The translations under genes and the position numbers were made by a program. DNA of 24,461 bases from Minisyncoccia bacterium (GTDB lineage Bacteria > Patescibacteriota > Minisyncoccia > UBA6257 > JAAZHW01): positions 1 to 24,461 of the forward strand of contig JBFFCO010000001.1 of assembly GCA_041559835.1 (NCBI GenBank), read 5' to 3'. Of this stretch, positions 8,308-17,279 are shown piece after piece. The notes under the pieces are model-generated. The model did not search any database and had not been told where the DNA came from. It was given only the letters and a program-made list of their open reading frames with translations. Position 1 is the first letter of the stretch. Every line of letters begins with the position of its first letter.

Positions 8308-10098
8308 TTAATTCTTCCTACCCGCTTTTTTTCTATCATTTTCAGTAAGATGTTTTTTCCTTAGACGAATATTTTTCGGGGTTATCTCTAAATATTCATC
8401 GTCCTTTATTATTCCCAAACCTCTTTCCAGACTTAATTCCCAAGGAGGAGTGAGATAAACCCCCTCATCAGACCCTGATGCCCTCATATTCGTAAGATGC
8501 TTCCCCTTTATAGGATTAACAGCCATATCCAACCCCTTAGAAGTGTTTCCAATAACCATCCCTTCATAAACATTATTGTTTGGACTAATATATAGAACCC
8601 CTCTGTCCTGCAAGTTCCAAAGAGAGAAGGCTAATGCCTTGCCGGTCATCATTGAAATCATTGACCCCAATTCAGAAGACTCAATATCGCCAACAAAAGG
8701 TCTAAAGTCCAAAAAGTGAGAGCATAAAATACCCTGTCCCTTTGTATCAACCATAAATTCATTTCTATATCCCAAAATACCCCTCGTCGGAATTTCAAAA
8801 ATCATCCGAACTTGTTTATTCTCATTCTTTAAATTAACCATCTGCCCCTTTCTTTTGGAAAGTTTCTCTATTACTACTCCCGAAAACTCCTCAGGAATAT
8901 CTATTGTTATTTCTTCAAATGGTTCTAATTTTTTTCCATCTTCTTCCTTAATAATAACACTGGGTTTTGAAACTTGAAGTTCATATCCTTCTCTTCTCAT
9001 ATTTTCCAATAAAATGGCAATATGAAGTTCCCCTCTCCCATATACACGATAAGAGATGGCATCAGAAAAATCAACTCGCAAACCAACATTTACCTCTAAT
9101 TCTTTTTCTAACCTCTCCTTTATTTGGCGGATATTTACAAATTTTCCCTCATTTCCAGCAAATGGAGAATTATTTACTAAAAAATTAAGAGCAATGGTTG
9201 GCTCGTCAATCCTAATAGATGGCAATAATTCTTGATTATCGCTTTCAGAAATAGTTTCTCCAATATATACATCTGTTAAACCGGCAATCATAACAATATC
9301 GCCCGCCTCCGCTTCATCAACCTCTTGTCTATTAATACCACTAAAAGTAAAAAGTTTTGCAACTCTAAATTTCCTTGGCTCACCATCTCCCCCTCTCACA
9401 AAAACATCTTGCCCATTCTTTATTTTGCCCTGATATATTCGAGAAACAGCAATTCTCCCCAAAAAATTATCATAGGCGAGATTAAAGGGCTGGGCAGAAA
9501 GTGGTTTTTCTATCATTTCTGAATTAGATGCGGTCTCCACTTTCTCCAAAATAATGTCCAATAGCGGGGTTAAATCTTTTGATTCGTCATCTAAATTTAT
9601 TTTTGCTATTCCTTCCTTAGAGGAGGAATAGACGACAGGAAAATCAAGTTGCTCTTCATTTGCTCCTAAATCAAGGAACAACTCAAAAACCATTTCCTTT
9701 ACTTCCTCAATTCTTGCTGCTGGCTTATCTATTTTATTTATTACCACTATTGGCTTTATCCCTAATTCCAAAGATTTTTTCAAAACAAATTTTGTTTGGG
9801 GCATTGGTCCTTCTTGAGCATCAACTAAAAGAAGGACATTATCAATAGACCTCAAAATTCTCTCAACTTCTGAGCTGAAATCGGCATGACCGGGGGTGTC
9901 AACGATATTTATTTTTGTGCCCCTGTAAATCACTGATGTATTTTTTGAATAAATGGTAATGCCTCTTTCCTGCTCTAAATCGTTGCTATCCATACTCACT
10001 CCCTCATCAGACATCCCTGTTTGTCGCATTAAACCATCAGTCAAAGTTGTTTTGCCGTGATCAACATGAGCAATAATTGCAATATTTCGTATTTCCAT
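8308..10098 (-). CDS. typA: Translational GTPase TypA/BipA
   Basis: IRNIAIIAHVDHGKTTL (G1), RGITI, DTPGHADF, NKID, GRGELH and C-terminal EITPKNIRLRK. The start is placed at MEIRN (10098). Confidence 0.97.
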   Translation of the reverse strand: MEIRNIAIIAHVDHGKTTLTDGLMRQTGMSDEGVSMDSNDLEQERGITIYSKNTSVIYRGTKINIVDTPGHADFSSEVERILRSIDNVLLLVDAQEGPMPQTKFVLKKSLELGIKPIVVINKIDKPAARIEEVKEMVFELFLDLGANEEQLDFPVVYSSSKEGIAKINLDDESKDLTPLLDIILEKVETASNSEMIEKPLSAQPFNLAYDNFLGRIAVSRIYQGKIKNGQDVFVRGGDGEPRKFRVAKLFTFSGINRQEVDEAEAGDIVMIAGLTDVYIGETISESDNQELLPSIRIDEPTIALNFLVNNSPFAGNEGKFVNIRQIKERLEKELEVNVGLRVDFSDAISYRVYGRGELHIAILLENMRREGYELQVSKPSVIIKEEDGKKLEPFEEITIDIPEEFSGVVIEKLSKRKGQMVNLKNENKQVRMIFEIPTRGILGYRNEFMVDTKGQGILCSHFLDFRPFVGDIESSELGSMISMMTGKALAFSLWNLQDRGVLYISPNNNVYEGMVIGNTSKGLDMAVNPIKGKHLTNMRASGSDEGVYLTPPWELSLERGLGIIKDDEYLEITPKNIRLRKKHLTENDRKKAGRKN

Positions 10099-10276
10099 AT
10101 GTTTAGTAAAAAAATCGCTCTTACCCACATTTATTTGCTAACTAACGACAAGAAATGGGCTAGCGAAATTTAATAAGCCAAATATTACCATAAATTATTT
10201 AAAAGGCAAGTCGGCGAGGGGTGCTTTCTCTAATTTATTTAAAAACAATCTAAATCTACTCAAATCAAAGAATGCT

Positions 10277-10305
10277 TGGATATTCAGGAAAAATAAAGTA
10301 GAATA
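10277..10305 (+). promoter_or_regulatory. Probable promoter for tRNA-Ser
   Basis: TTGGAT-17 nt-TAGAAT ending 9 nt before the tRNA. Confidence 0.55.
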
Positions 10306-10314
10306 AAAATATAT

Positions 10315-10402
10315 GGAGGTGTGGCCGAGTGGTTTATGGCGCTGGTCTTGAAAACCAGTTGGGGGCAACCCCTCGGAGGTTCGAATCCTCCCACCTCCGC
10401 CA
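10315..10402 (+). tRNA. tRNA-Ser (UGA), long variable arm, encoded CCA
   Basis: GGAGGTG/CACCTCC acceptor, CTGGT-CTTGAAA-ACCAG anticodon arm, long variable arm, GGAGG-TTCGAAT-CCTCC, G73-CCA. Confidence 0.97.
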
Positions 10403-10583
10403 CGTAAAAAATTGCTTCGCAATTTCAACGTGGCTGGGACGTTTAAATCCTGAAAAGATTTATTACGTCCCGCCCTTGCCTCGCCGAAGTCCGCCTCTGG
10501 CGGACGAAGGCGGGCTTCACCTCGCCGAAGTCCGCCATGCAAGAAGTTGTCTTGCGATTTCAATATGGTTGGAATATTTGAAT
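10399..10583. repeat. Stacked palindrome and repeat cluster in the tRNA-Ser trailer
   Basis: Hairpin GCCACGT..ACGTGGC (10399-10434), hairpin GGGACGT..ACGTCCC (10436-10471), a module at 10474-10514 containing TCCGCC-TCT-GGCGGA, and a degenerate direct repeat 10396-10448 / 10531-10583. Confidence 0.8.
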
Positions 10584-10629
10584 TTGCTTTATAAAATTTA
10601 TCATACTCAATCACCCTGTAATCTAAAAT

Positions 10630-11799
10630 ATGAAAATTGCTATATTTACAAATAAAGACCAAGATATTATAAACTTTCGGATTGGATTGATAAATGAATT
10701 GATAAAGAGGGGTCATCAGGTATTCGCCTGCACAACAAAAACAAGCGATGATTTTGTTTCAAAAATAGAAAAAACAGGGGCAAAATTCATAGATTTAAAA
10801 TTAAAAAGGGGGTTAAAATTATTCTCCTCTTTTCTTTATATTTTAGAGGTTTATCAAGTATCAAGAAAAAACAAATTCAATCTTTGTCATAATTTCTCAT
10901 TTAAGCCAGTTTTTTTAGCGACAATAGGGCAAAGACTTTCAGGGATAAAAAAAATAATATGCACAATTACAGGATTAGGAATAGTTTTTTCAGTAAATAA
11001 TAAAAATTTAAAAATATTTATATTAAGAAAGTTGGCCCTTATTGGATATAAAATATCCGGACTATTAGCAGAAAAAATTATCTTTCAAAACAAAGAAGAC
11101 AAAAAACTTCTTATTCAAAAAAGAATAATCCCTGAAAAAAAATCAGAAATAATAGTTGGGTCTGGTGTAGATTCAAATTATTTTTCTATTGATAAAATAG
11201 ACAATGATAGATTGGAAAAATTAAGAGAAGAATTAAAAATAAAAGAAGGTGAAAAAATTGCTCTTATGGTATCGCGAATATTAAAAGAAAAAGGCATCTA
11301 TCAATTTGTAGAGGTGGCAAAAAATTTGAGAGAAAAAAGCAAGAATTGGAAATTTATATTAATTGGGGAAATAGATAAAGGCAATCCGATGTTTATATCA
11401 GAAAAAGAGATAGAAATATGGCAAAATAATGACTATATAATTTATTTGGGCGGGAAAGACAAGAATTCTGTGAGAGATATTTTAGGACTAACTAATGTTT
11501 TTGTATTCCCCTCATATTATCGCGAGGGTGCCCCCAAAGTTGTTTTAGAAGCAATGTCTATGGGATTACCAATTGTAGGATTTGAAAATGTTGGGACAAG
11601 TGAATTAGTAGAAAATGGGGTTAATGGATTTTTAGTAAAAGAAAAAAATGTCAAAGAATTATCTTTAGCAACAGAAAAAGTATTAAATGATGATTTTTTG
11701 GCAAAGAAATTGGGAGAAGAAGGAAGAAAAATGATAATTAATTTATTCAGTGATGAGATTGTTGTTAATAAGACAATAGATGTTTACAATTTAGATTAA
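10630..11799 (+). CDS. Glycosyltransferase family 4 (GT-B fold)
   Basis: FVFPSYYREGAPKVVLEAMSMGLPIVG (E-x7-E motif), GSGVD, SRILKEKGI. Confidence 0.92.
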   Translation: MKIAIFTNKDQDIINFRIGLINELIKRGHQVFACTTKTSDDFVSKIEKTGAKFIDLKLKRGLKLFSSFLYILEVYQVSRKNKFNLCHNFSFKPVFLATIGQRLSGIKKIICTITGLGIVFSVNNKNLKIFILRKLALIGYKISGLLAEKIIFQNKEDKKLLIQKRIIPEKKSEIIVGSGVDSNYFSIDKIDNDRLEKLREELKIKEGEKIALMVSRILKEKGIYQFVEVAKNLREKSKNWKFILIGEIDKGNPMFISEKEIEIWQNNDYIIYLGGKDKNSVRDILGLTNVFVFPSYYREGAPKVVLEAMSMGLPIVGFENVGTSELVENGVNGFLVKEKNVKELSLATEKVLNDDFLAKKLGEEGRKMIINLFSDEIVVNKTIDVYNLD

Positions 11800-11817
11800 T
11801 TTTTGTTTATCAAAAAT

Positions 11818-13644
11818 CTACTCATATCCTTTTGCTTGGAGATTGAATAATCGGGCATATGTCTTATTCGCCTTAATGAGTTCTGGATGACTTCCCAATT
11901 CCGATAATCTCCCCTTCTCAATAACTGCAATCCTATTTGCCCTCCTCACGGTGGAAAAACGATGGGATATCAAAATAACCGTCCTGTCTTTTGGCAATGA
12001 CTCCAATTTCTTAAATATCTTCTCCTCTGCCTCGGCATCAATTGATGATGTCGGCTCATCTAAAATCAAAACCTGTGGGTCGCGATAAAATGTCCTCGCT
12101 AATGCCAATTTTTGCCATTGCCCAATTGACGGCTCAATTCCACCCTTGAATCTCTTACCCAACATCTGCTCATATCTATCCTCCCACTCTTCAATAAATA
12201 TATCTGCCTCACTTGCTTTGGCGGCCATCTTAATTTTCTCAATCTTGCTTTTCTTATCAGTCCTTCCAACAGAAATTGCCTCCCTCACAACAAGATGATA
12301 TCTGTCATAATCTTGAAAAAGAACCCCCATTATTTTATACCAACTCCCCAAATCTATATCCTTCAAATCATTTCCATCAATTAAGATTTTGCCCTCATCG
12401 GGATCATAAAAACGACAAAGTAATTTAACAAATGTTGTTTTTCCCGAACCATTAATTCCAACGAGGGCAATCTTCTCTCCCGGAGCAATCCTAATAGAAA
12501 AATCTTTAAGCACAAATCTTTCCGTCCCCGGATATTTAAAATTAACATTTTCAAAAACTATTTCCGGAGTTTCCTTGCTTGATAAAACTATTCCCTTTTT
12601 TGGCCTTTCCACTACTGGCTTAATATCTAAAAATTCAAAAAAATCATTAACAAATAATGCATCCTCATATTGTTTACCGAGGGATCCAAATAATCCCATA
12701 AATGAACTCCTTAAATTCCCCAGTGAAGAAATAATAAATGTTAATGTTCCAACTAATATTAATCCATTAGCCGCCCCATAAACAAACCATGCCACCGTAA
12801 AGCCCATTGACAGAGCCGATAGAATAAAGGCAATTGATTTTTGCTTCAATCTTTTTTTCTCAGCTTTTTTCTCTTCATTTTGGAATTCTATAAAAAGATC
12901 TCTGATTATTGAAAGAAAGTACTTTATATTTTGAAATAATTTTAATTCAGTCAAAGATGATATTCCAAAGAAATGTTGGCGAAAATTATAAAATTTTCTT
13001 TTTGTTTCTGCCTTCGCTCCTTGAATTGCCCAGGTTTGATAACCATATTTTGATGAAATAATAAATTCCGGGATAGAGAAAACCAAAATTATAATCAATA
13101 TCCACCATTCATAAGAAATAATTATTATGCTCGCGAAAATTACCCCAATAATATCCCTAAATATATCAAACTGCCTCACGAAAGAATTATTTATCATATA
13201 TGTCCCTCTATCTGATATTTTATTAAATAAGTCATTCATTTTGGGATCTTCGTGGATGGCGATATCAATATCTCCTCTCTTTTTCAATGTTAAAATTTCA
13301 AATTTTTCACTTAGGTAAAAATATAAAAATCTTTCAAAATACATTTGAAGTGTGAAAAATATTGACGGTAGCCATGTGGAGACAATTAAGGCGGATAAGT
13401 AAATGATGGTCCCTGATGATATTCCTGCTCCGCCTACCAATACTAATTCATCAATCAAAAGCCCTCTGAAAAAAGCGATTAAGAATGGTGATATTGATAT
13501 TCCGAAGTAAATAAAGAATATGCCAATAATTTGACCTTTCTTTTGTCTCCAAATCATTTTTGTGATTCGGATATTATTTTTTAGAAACTGAGATATTATT
13601 TTCCACGATATCTCCTGTTTCCCTTGTTCATCATCAATATTCAT
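11818..13644 (-). CDS. ABC exporter, fused permease and ATP-binding domains
   Basis: Several N-terminal TM helices, Walker A GINGSGKTT, signature-like PSIGQWQ, Walker B ILDEPT, ISHR switch. Confidence 0.93.
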   Translation of the reverse strand: MNIDDEQGKQEISWKIISQFLKNNIRITKMIWRQKKGQIIGIFFIYFGISISPFLIAFFRGLLIDELVLVGGAGISSGTIIYLSALIVSTWLPSIFFTLQMYFERFLYFYLSEKFEILTLKKRGDIDIAIHEDPKMNDLFNKISDRGTYMINNSFVRQFDIFRDIIGVIFASIIIISYEWWILIIILVFSIPEFIISSKYGYQTWAIQGAKAETKRKFYNFRQHFFGISSLTELKLFQNIKYFLSIIRDLFIEFQNEEKKAEKKRLKQKSIAFILSALSMGFTVAWFVYGAANGLILVGTLTFIISSLGNLRSSFMGLFGSLGKQYEDALFVNDFFEFLDIKPVVERPKKGIVLSSKETPEIVFENVNFKYPGTERFVLKDFSIRIAPGEKIALVGINGSGKTTFVKLLCRFYDPDEGKILIDGNDLKDIDLGSWYKIMGVLFQDYDRYHLVVREAISVGRTDKKSKIEKIKMAAKASEADIFIEEWEDRYEQMLGKRFKGGIEPSIGQWQKLALARTFYRDPQVLILDEPTSSIDAEAEEKIFKKLESLPKDRTVILISHRFSTVRRANRIAVIEKGRLSELGSHPELIKANKTYARLFNLQAKGYE

Positions 13645-13669
13645 ATGTTTTGCTTGTGGATAATTTTAT

Positions 13670-13697
13670 TTGACTTTTACCGAGCGGTCGGTATAAT
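13670..13697 (+). promoter_or_regulatory. Sigma70 promoter convergent on the NYN gene, with a palindromic operator-like site in its spacer
   Basis: TTGACT (13670-13675)-16 nt-TATAAT (13692-13697); TACCGA-GCGG-TCGGTA at 13678-13693. Confidence 0.65.
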
Positions 13698-13701
13698 ACA
13701 A

Positions 13702-14598
13702 TTAATCGCGCTCAATGGATTCGTCCATTGAGATACTCATGGACATGGAAGATTCTTCTTCCACGTCCATTTTTTCTAATTCCTTTCTTAAATTATCAAC
13801 AGAACAAGCATAAAAAAGACTACCCCTTATCTTGTTATACTCTTTCCCCTTACACCCAGAACCAAAAACTAAAACTACTTTCTTGCCTTTTTCAATTAGA
13901 TATTCAGCTAAAGCCGAATAATCTCCATCTCCGCTAAAAAGCAAAAGAGTTTCATAATCATCCAAAAAATTAAAAGCATCTCTTGTTATTTCTACATCAA
14001 AATCACATTTTCTAATAGGACAGGGTTCTTTTAATGATTTTTGCAATCCGTCAATATTAAAGTTTAATCCACTCAATTCAGAGTCTAAATTCTCAACAAA
14101 CTGATAAATTTGATTATAAATATTCATATTCTTTCTTGATATTAGATAATATTTCTTTTCTTCTCCATTTTCGTCAACAGAAGACTCCTCTCTTTCTATC
14201 ATCCCGTTTTTTACCTTGTTATTAAATTCATATAATTTATTTGAGATTTCAGAATTTGTTTTTGTGATCCCATCTAACATATTAAATAATTTTTTTATTA
14301 TTTTTCTAAAATGATTCTGCTCCTTTAAATATACGGGCATCCATTTTACTTCCTTAAAAATTGGGCTATATCCAATTTTCTCAATATCCATTCTAAAATT
14401 TTTTGATTTTTTATTTTTGATATCCTCCCCATAATAAAATCTTTTATCAATAATCCTTGGGTATCTGCTCAAAAAAGAAAATAATTTTTTAGGACAAACT
14501 TCCCACTTTAATTTCTTTCTCCAACCATAAACATTAGCCCAATCAATCAGGGCTAATGTCTCCTTTTTTATCTTCAATTTGAATTTCTTTTTCTGCAT
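13702..14598 (-). CDS. NYN (LabA/DUF88, PIN-like) domain putative RNase with a ~110-aa helical insertion
   Basis: ALIDWANVY, RFYYG, RKCDFDVEI, LFSGDGDYSALAEYL...GKKV: the acidic catalytic set of NYN/PIN-like folds. Confidence 0.85.
   Translation of the reverse strand: MQKKKFKLKIKKETLALIDWANVYGWRKKLKWEVCPKKLFSFLSRYPRIIDKRFYYGEDIKNKKSKNFRMDIEKIGYSPIFKEVKWMPVYLKEQNHFRKIIKKLFNMLDGITKTNSEISNKLYEFNNKVKNGMIEREESSVDENGEEKKYYLISRKNMNIYNQIYQFVENLDSELSGLNFNIDGLQKSLKEPCPIRKCDFDVEITRDAFNFLDDYETLLLFSGDGDYSALAEYLIEKGKKVVLVFGSGCKGKEYNKIRGSLFYACSVDNLRKELEKMDVEEESSMSMSISMDESIERD
13704..13775 (+). ncRNA. Putative ~72-nt small RNA antisense to the 3' end of the NYN gene
   Basis: Follows the promoter. Hairpin CTCAATGGA-TTCG-TCCATTGAG (13711-13732), then a 13-bp interrupted hairpin (13739-13770) followed by a T-run to 13775. 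There is no expression evidence. Confidence 0.45.
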
Positions 14599-14599
14599 A

Positions 14600-14857
14600 T
14601 TAAATTTCTATTGGGTATCTTATATCATATAATTTTTCTGTGATTTCTATATCGCTAATTCTATCAAGAGAGAATCTCCTTATTCCATTTTTATTTTGAT
14701 CCCAAGCGAAAAGACCAATCTCGCCATCATCGTGGCTAAAACTATATGGCTCAATATATCGCCAACCCTCACTTGTCCCATCTTTTTCAAGATAAATAAT
14801 TTTCAAAACTTTTCTTTCTTGGGCTGATTTTTTAATTATTTCAATTATATTTTCCAT
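14600..14857 (-). CDS. Stand-alone WYL-domain protein (85 aa, no HTH)
   Basis: LKIIY...WRYIEPYSF...LFAWD...IRRFSLDRISDI matches the WYL pattern Y..R.vePy..l.a...R.FrldRI. The ATG is 7 nt after the leuS stop. Confidence 0.8.
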   Translation of the reverse strand: MENIIEIIKKSAQERKVLKIIYLEKDGTSEGWRYIEPYSFSHDDGEIGLFAWDQNKNGIRRFSLDRISDIEITEKLYDIRYPIEI

Positions 14858-14864
14858 AAAATTA

Positions 14865-17279
14865 TTATCCAACAACGATATTTATTAGTTTGTCTTTGAT
14901 GAATATTATTTTTTTGATTTTTTTGTCAGAAATTAACTTCTTAATCTTGCCATCCTCAAAAGCCAATTTTTTTGCTTCATCTTCGCTGATACCAATAGGA
15001 GTAGGCGATTTTGAGCGGACTTTCCCATTGACTTGAATTACCAAATCAAAATTTTTTCTTGAAATGATCTTCTCACTATACTTTGGCCACTTTTCCAAAT
15101 GAATAGATTTCTTATTTCCCATTGCTTGCCATAATTCCTCAGCCATATGAGGGGCAAGAGGGGAGAGGATTCTTAGGAAATTCTCTAAATCAATTTTTTT
15201 GAATTTTCCTTCAACTTTTTGCCAAGAATTTAAACATTCCATAAGAGAGCTAATTGCAGTATTAAATTCTAAATTCTCAATATCTTCTCCTATTTTTTTA
15301 ATTGACAAATGGAGGGATTTTTTTATTTCTTCTTCATCTTTTTTGCTTATTGGCTTTTGCCCTTCTTGAATTTGCTCTTGATAGAAATTCCAAATTCTAT
15401 TCAAAAACCTGCTAATTCCATTTAATCCTTGTGGATTCCATGAACCACCCTGACTAAATGGACCAATAAATCCAAAATACATTCTTATTGAATCAGCCCC
15501 ACTTTTTTTGACTTCCTCGTCTGGGTCTATCACATTACCCTTTGATTTTGACATTTTTTGATTGTCGGGACCAAGTATCATTCCGTGAGCTCTCCTTGCC
15601 AAAAATGGCTCATCAAAATCCAAATAGCCCATATAATTAAGGGCTTTAATTATGAATCGAGAATAAATAAGATGCATTGTGTTATGCTCTGACCCGCCGA
15701 CATAAAGAGGGATGGGCATCCATTTTTTTATTTTTTTATTATCAGCAAATTTATTTTTGTTTTTAGGGTCGGCATATCTTAAGAAATACCATGATGAATC
15801 TACGAATGTATCCATCGTGTCGGTTTCTCTTTCTGCTGGCTCATTGCAATTAGGACATTTTATATTCTTCCAATTTTCTGCTCTATCTAATGGTGATTTT
15901 CCTTCATCTGTGGGTAGATAGTTTTTCAAATCAGGCAATTTAATTGGCAAATTCTTTTCTTTTTCCGGAAGCCAACCGCATTTTGAACAAAAAATCATAG
16001 GAATAGGAGTCCCCCAATATCTTTGCCTTGATATTATCCAATCTCTTAGGCGATAGTCAGTTGATTTTTTGCCGGATATAAATAATGAAATTTTTTCCAT
16101 CGCTATTTTATTTTCTAATCCAGAAAAACTGCCCGAATTTATTAATTGCCCTTCTCCGAGAAATGGCTTATTTCTTGGCAATTCTTCATCTTTTGGTTGA
16201 ATGACTGGGATTATTTCTAATCCAAATTTTTTGGCGAAATCCCAATCTCTTTGATCATGAGCAGGCACGGCCATGATTGCCCCTGTCCCATATGAAGAAA
16301 GGACATAGTCAGCTATCCAAATAGGTATTTTTTTTCTATTTGCTGGATTTATTGCATATGAGCCAGTGAATATTCCAGTTTTGTTGTTTATCTCTTGCTG
16401 CCTTTCTAAATCGGTTTTTCTTTTTGCTTCTTGGATATACTTTTTTATTGCTTGCCTTCTTCCATCGCTTGTTATTTTTTCTACCATTGGGTGTTCGGGC
16501 GATAAGACCAAATAAGTGGCTCCGAATATTGTGTCAGCCCTTGTTGTGAATACTTCAATTTTATCATTTATATTTTCAACTGAAAAATTTATCAAAAATC
16601 CATCTGATTTTCCAATCCAATTTCTTTGGGCTATTTTTGCTGGACGAGGCCAATCTAATTGATTTACTCCTTCAAAAAGTTCATCAGCGAATTTTGTTAT
16701 TTTCATCATCCACTGCTCTATATTTCTTTGCTCCACTCTTTCTCCGCATCTTTCACAGCAACCATTTACCACCTGCTCATTTGCGAGAACCGTTTTATCC
16801 TTTGGGCACCAGTTTGCTTTTGTTTTATCTCTATAAACTAATCCATTCTCATACATTTTTAAGAAAATCCATTGATTCCATTTATAGTATTGTGGATTTA
16901 TTGTTTGGACTTCTCTATTCCAATCAAATGTTGCCCCAATTCTTTTGAGTTGCTCTTTCATATATGAAATATTTTTTTTCGTCCAGTCTGATGGGTGGAG
17001 ATTATTTTTAATAGCGGCATTTTCAGCGGGCAATCCAAAGGCATCGAATCCAATAGGATATGAAACATTTTTCCCAGTCATTCTTAAGTATCTTGCTAAA
17101 ATGTCTGACAATGAATAAGTATACCAGTGTCCGACATGGAGGTTGCCTGATGAGTAGGGAAATTCAACTAATAACATAAAGTTTTTTTTGCCCTTGACTT
17201 CGTCTTTTGCACTATTTATTTTTATTTTTTCCCAGTGCTTTTGCCACTTTTTTTCAATTTTTGATGGATTATATTTCAT
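14865..17279 (-). CDS. leuS: Leucine--tRNA ligase
   Basis: MKYNPSKIEKKWQ start, PYSSGNLHVGH (HIGH), an editing domain with GTGAIMAVPAHDQRD, SRQRYWGTPIP, KMSKSKGN. Confidence 0.98.
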   Translation of the reverse strand: MKYNPSKIEKKWQKHWEKIKINSAKDEVKGKKNFMLLVEFPYSSGNLHVGHWYTYSLSDILARYLRMTGKNVSYPIGFDAFGLPAENAAIKNNLHPSDWTKKNISYMKEQLKRIGATFDWNREVQTINPQYYKWNQWIFLKMYENGLVYRDKTKANWCPKDKTVLANEQVVNGCCERCGERVEQRNIEQWMMKITKFADELFEGVNQLDWPRPAKIAQRNWIGKSDGFLINFSVENINDKIEVFTTRADTIFGATYLVLSPEHPMVEKITSDGRRQAIKKYIQEAKRKTDLERQQEINNKTGIFTGSYAINPANRKKIPIWIADYVLSSYGTGAIMAVPAHDQRDWDFAKKFGLEIIPVIQPKDEELPRNKPFLGEGQLINSGSFSGLENKIAMEKISLFISGKKSTDYRLRDWIISRQRYWGTPIPMIFCSKCGWLPEKEKNLPIKLPDLKNYLPTDEGKSPLDRAENWKNIKCPNCNEPAERETDTMDTFVDSSWYFLRYADPKNKNKFADNKKIKKWMPIPLYVGGSEHNTMHLIYSRFIIKALNYMGYLDFDEPFLARRAHGMILGPDNQKMSKSKGNVIDPDEEVKKSGADSIRMYFGFIGPFSQGGSWNPQGLNGISRFLNRIWNFYQEQIQEGQKPISKKDEEEIKKSLHLSIKKIGEDIENLEFNTAISSLMECLNSWQKVEGKFKKIDLENFLRILSPLAPHMAEELWQAMGNKKSIHLEKWPKYSEKIISRKNFDLVIQVNGKVRSKSPTPIGISEDEAKKLAFEDGKIKKLISDKKIKKIIFIKDKLINIVVG

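Noticed and set aside
12112-12135. ABC signature SIGQWQ instead of LSGGQ as a sign of inactivation
   Set aside because: Walker A, Walker B and the His switch are intact, and xSxGQWQ variants are usual in this exporter subgroup.
13715-13813. 32-codon plus-strand ORF (MDSSIEILMD...) behind the convergent promoter
   Set aside because: It is the in-register antisense of NYN, has no SD and extends past the predicted terminator. An RNA product fits better.
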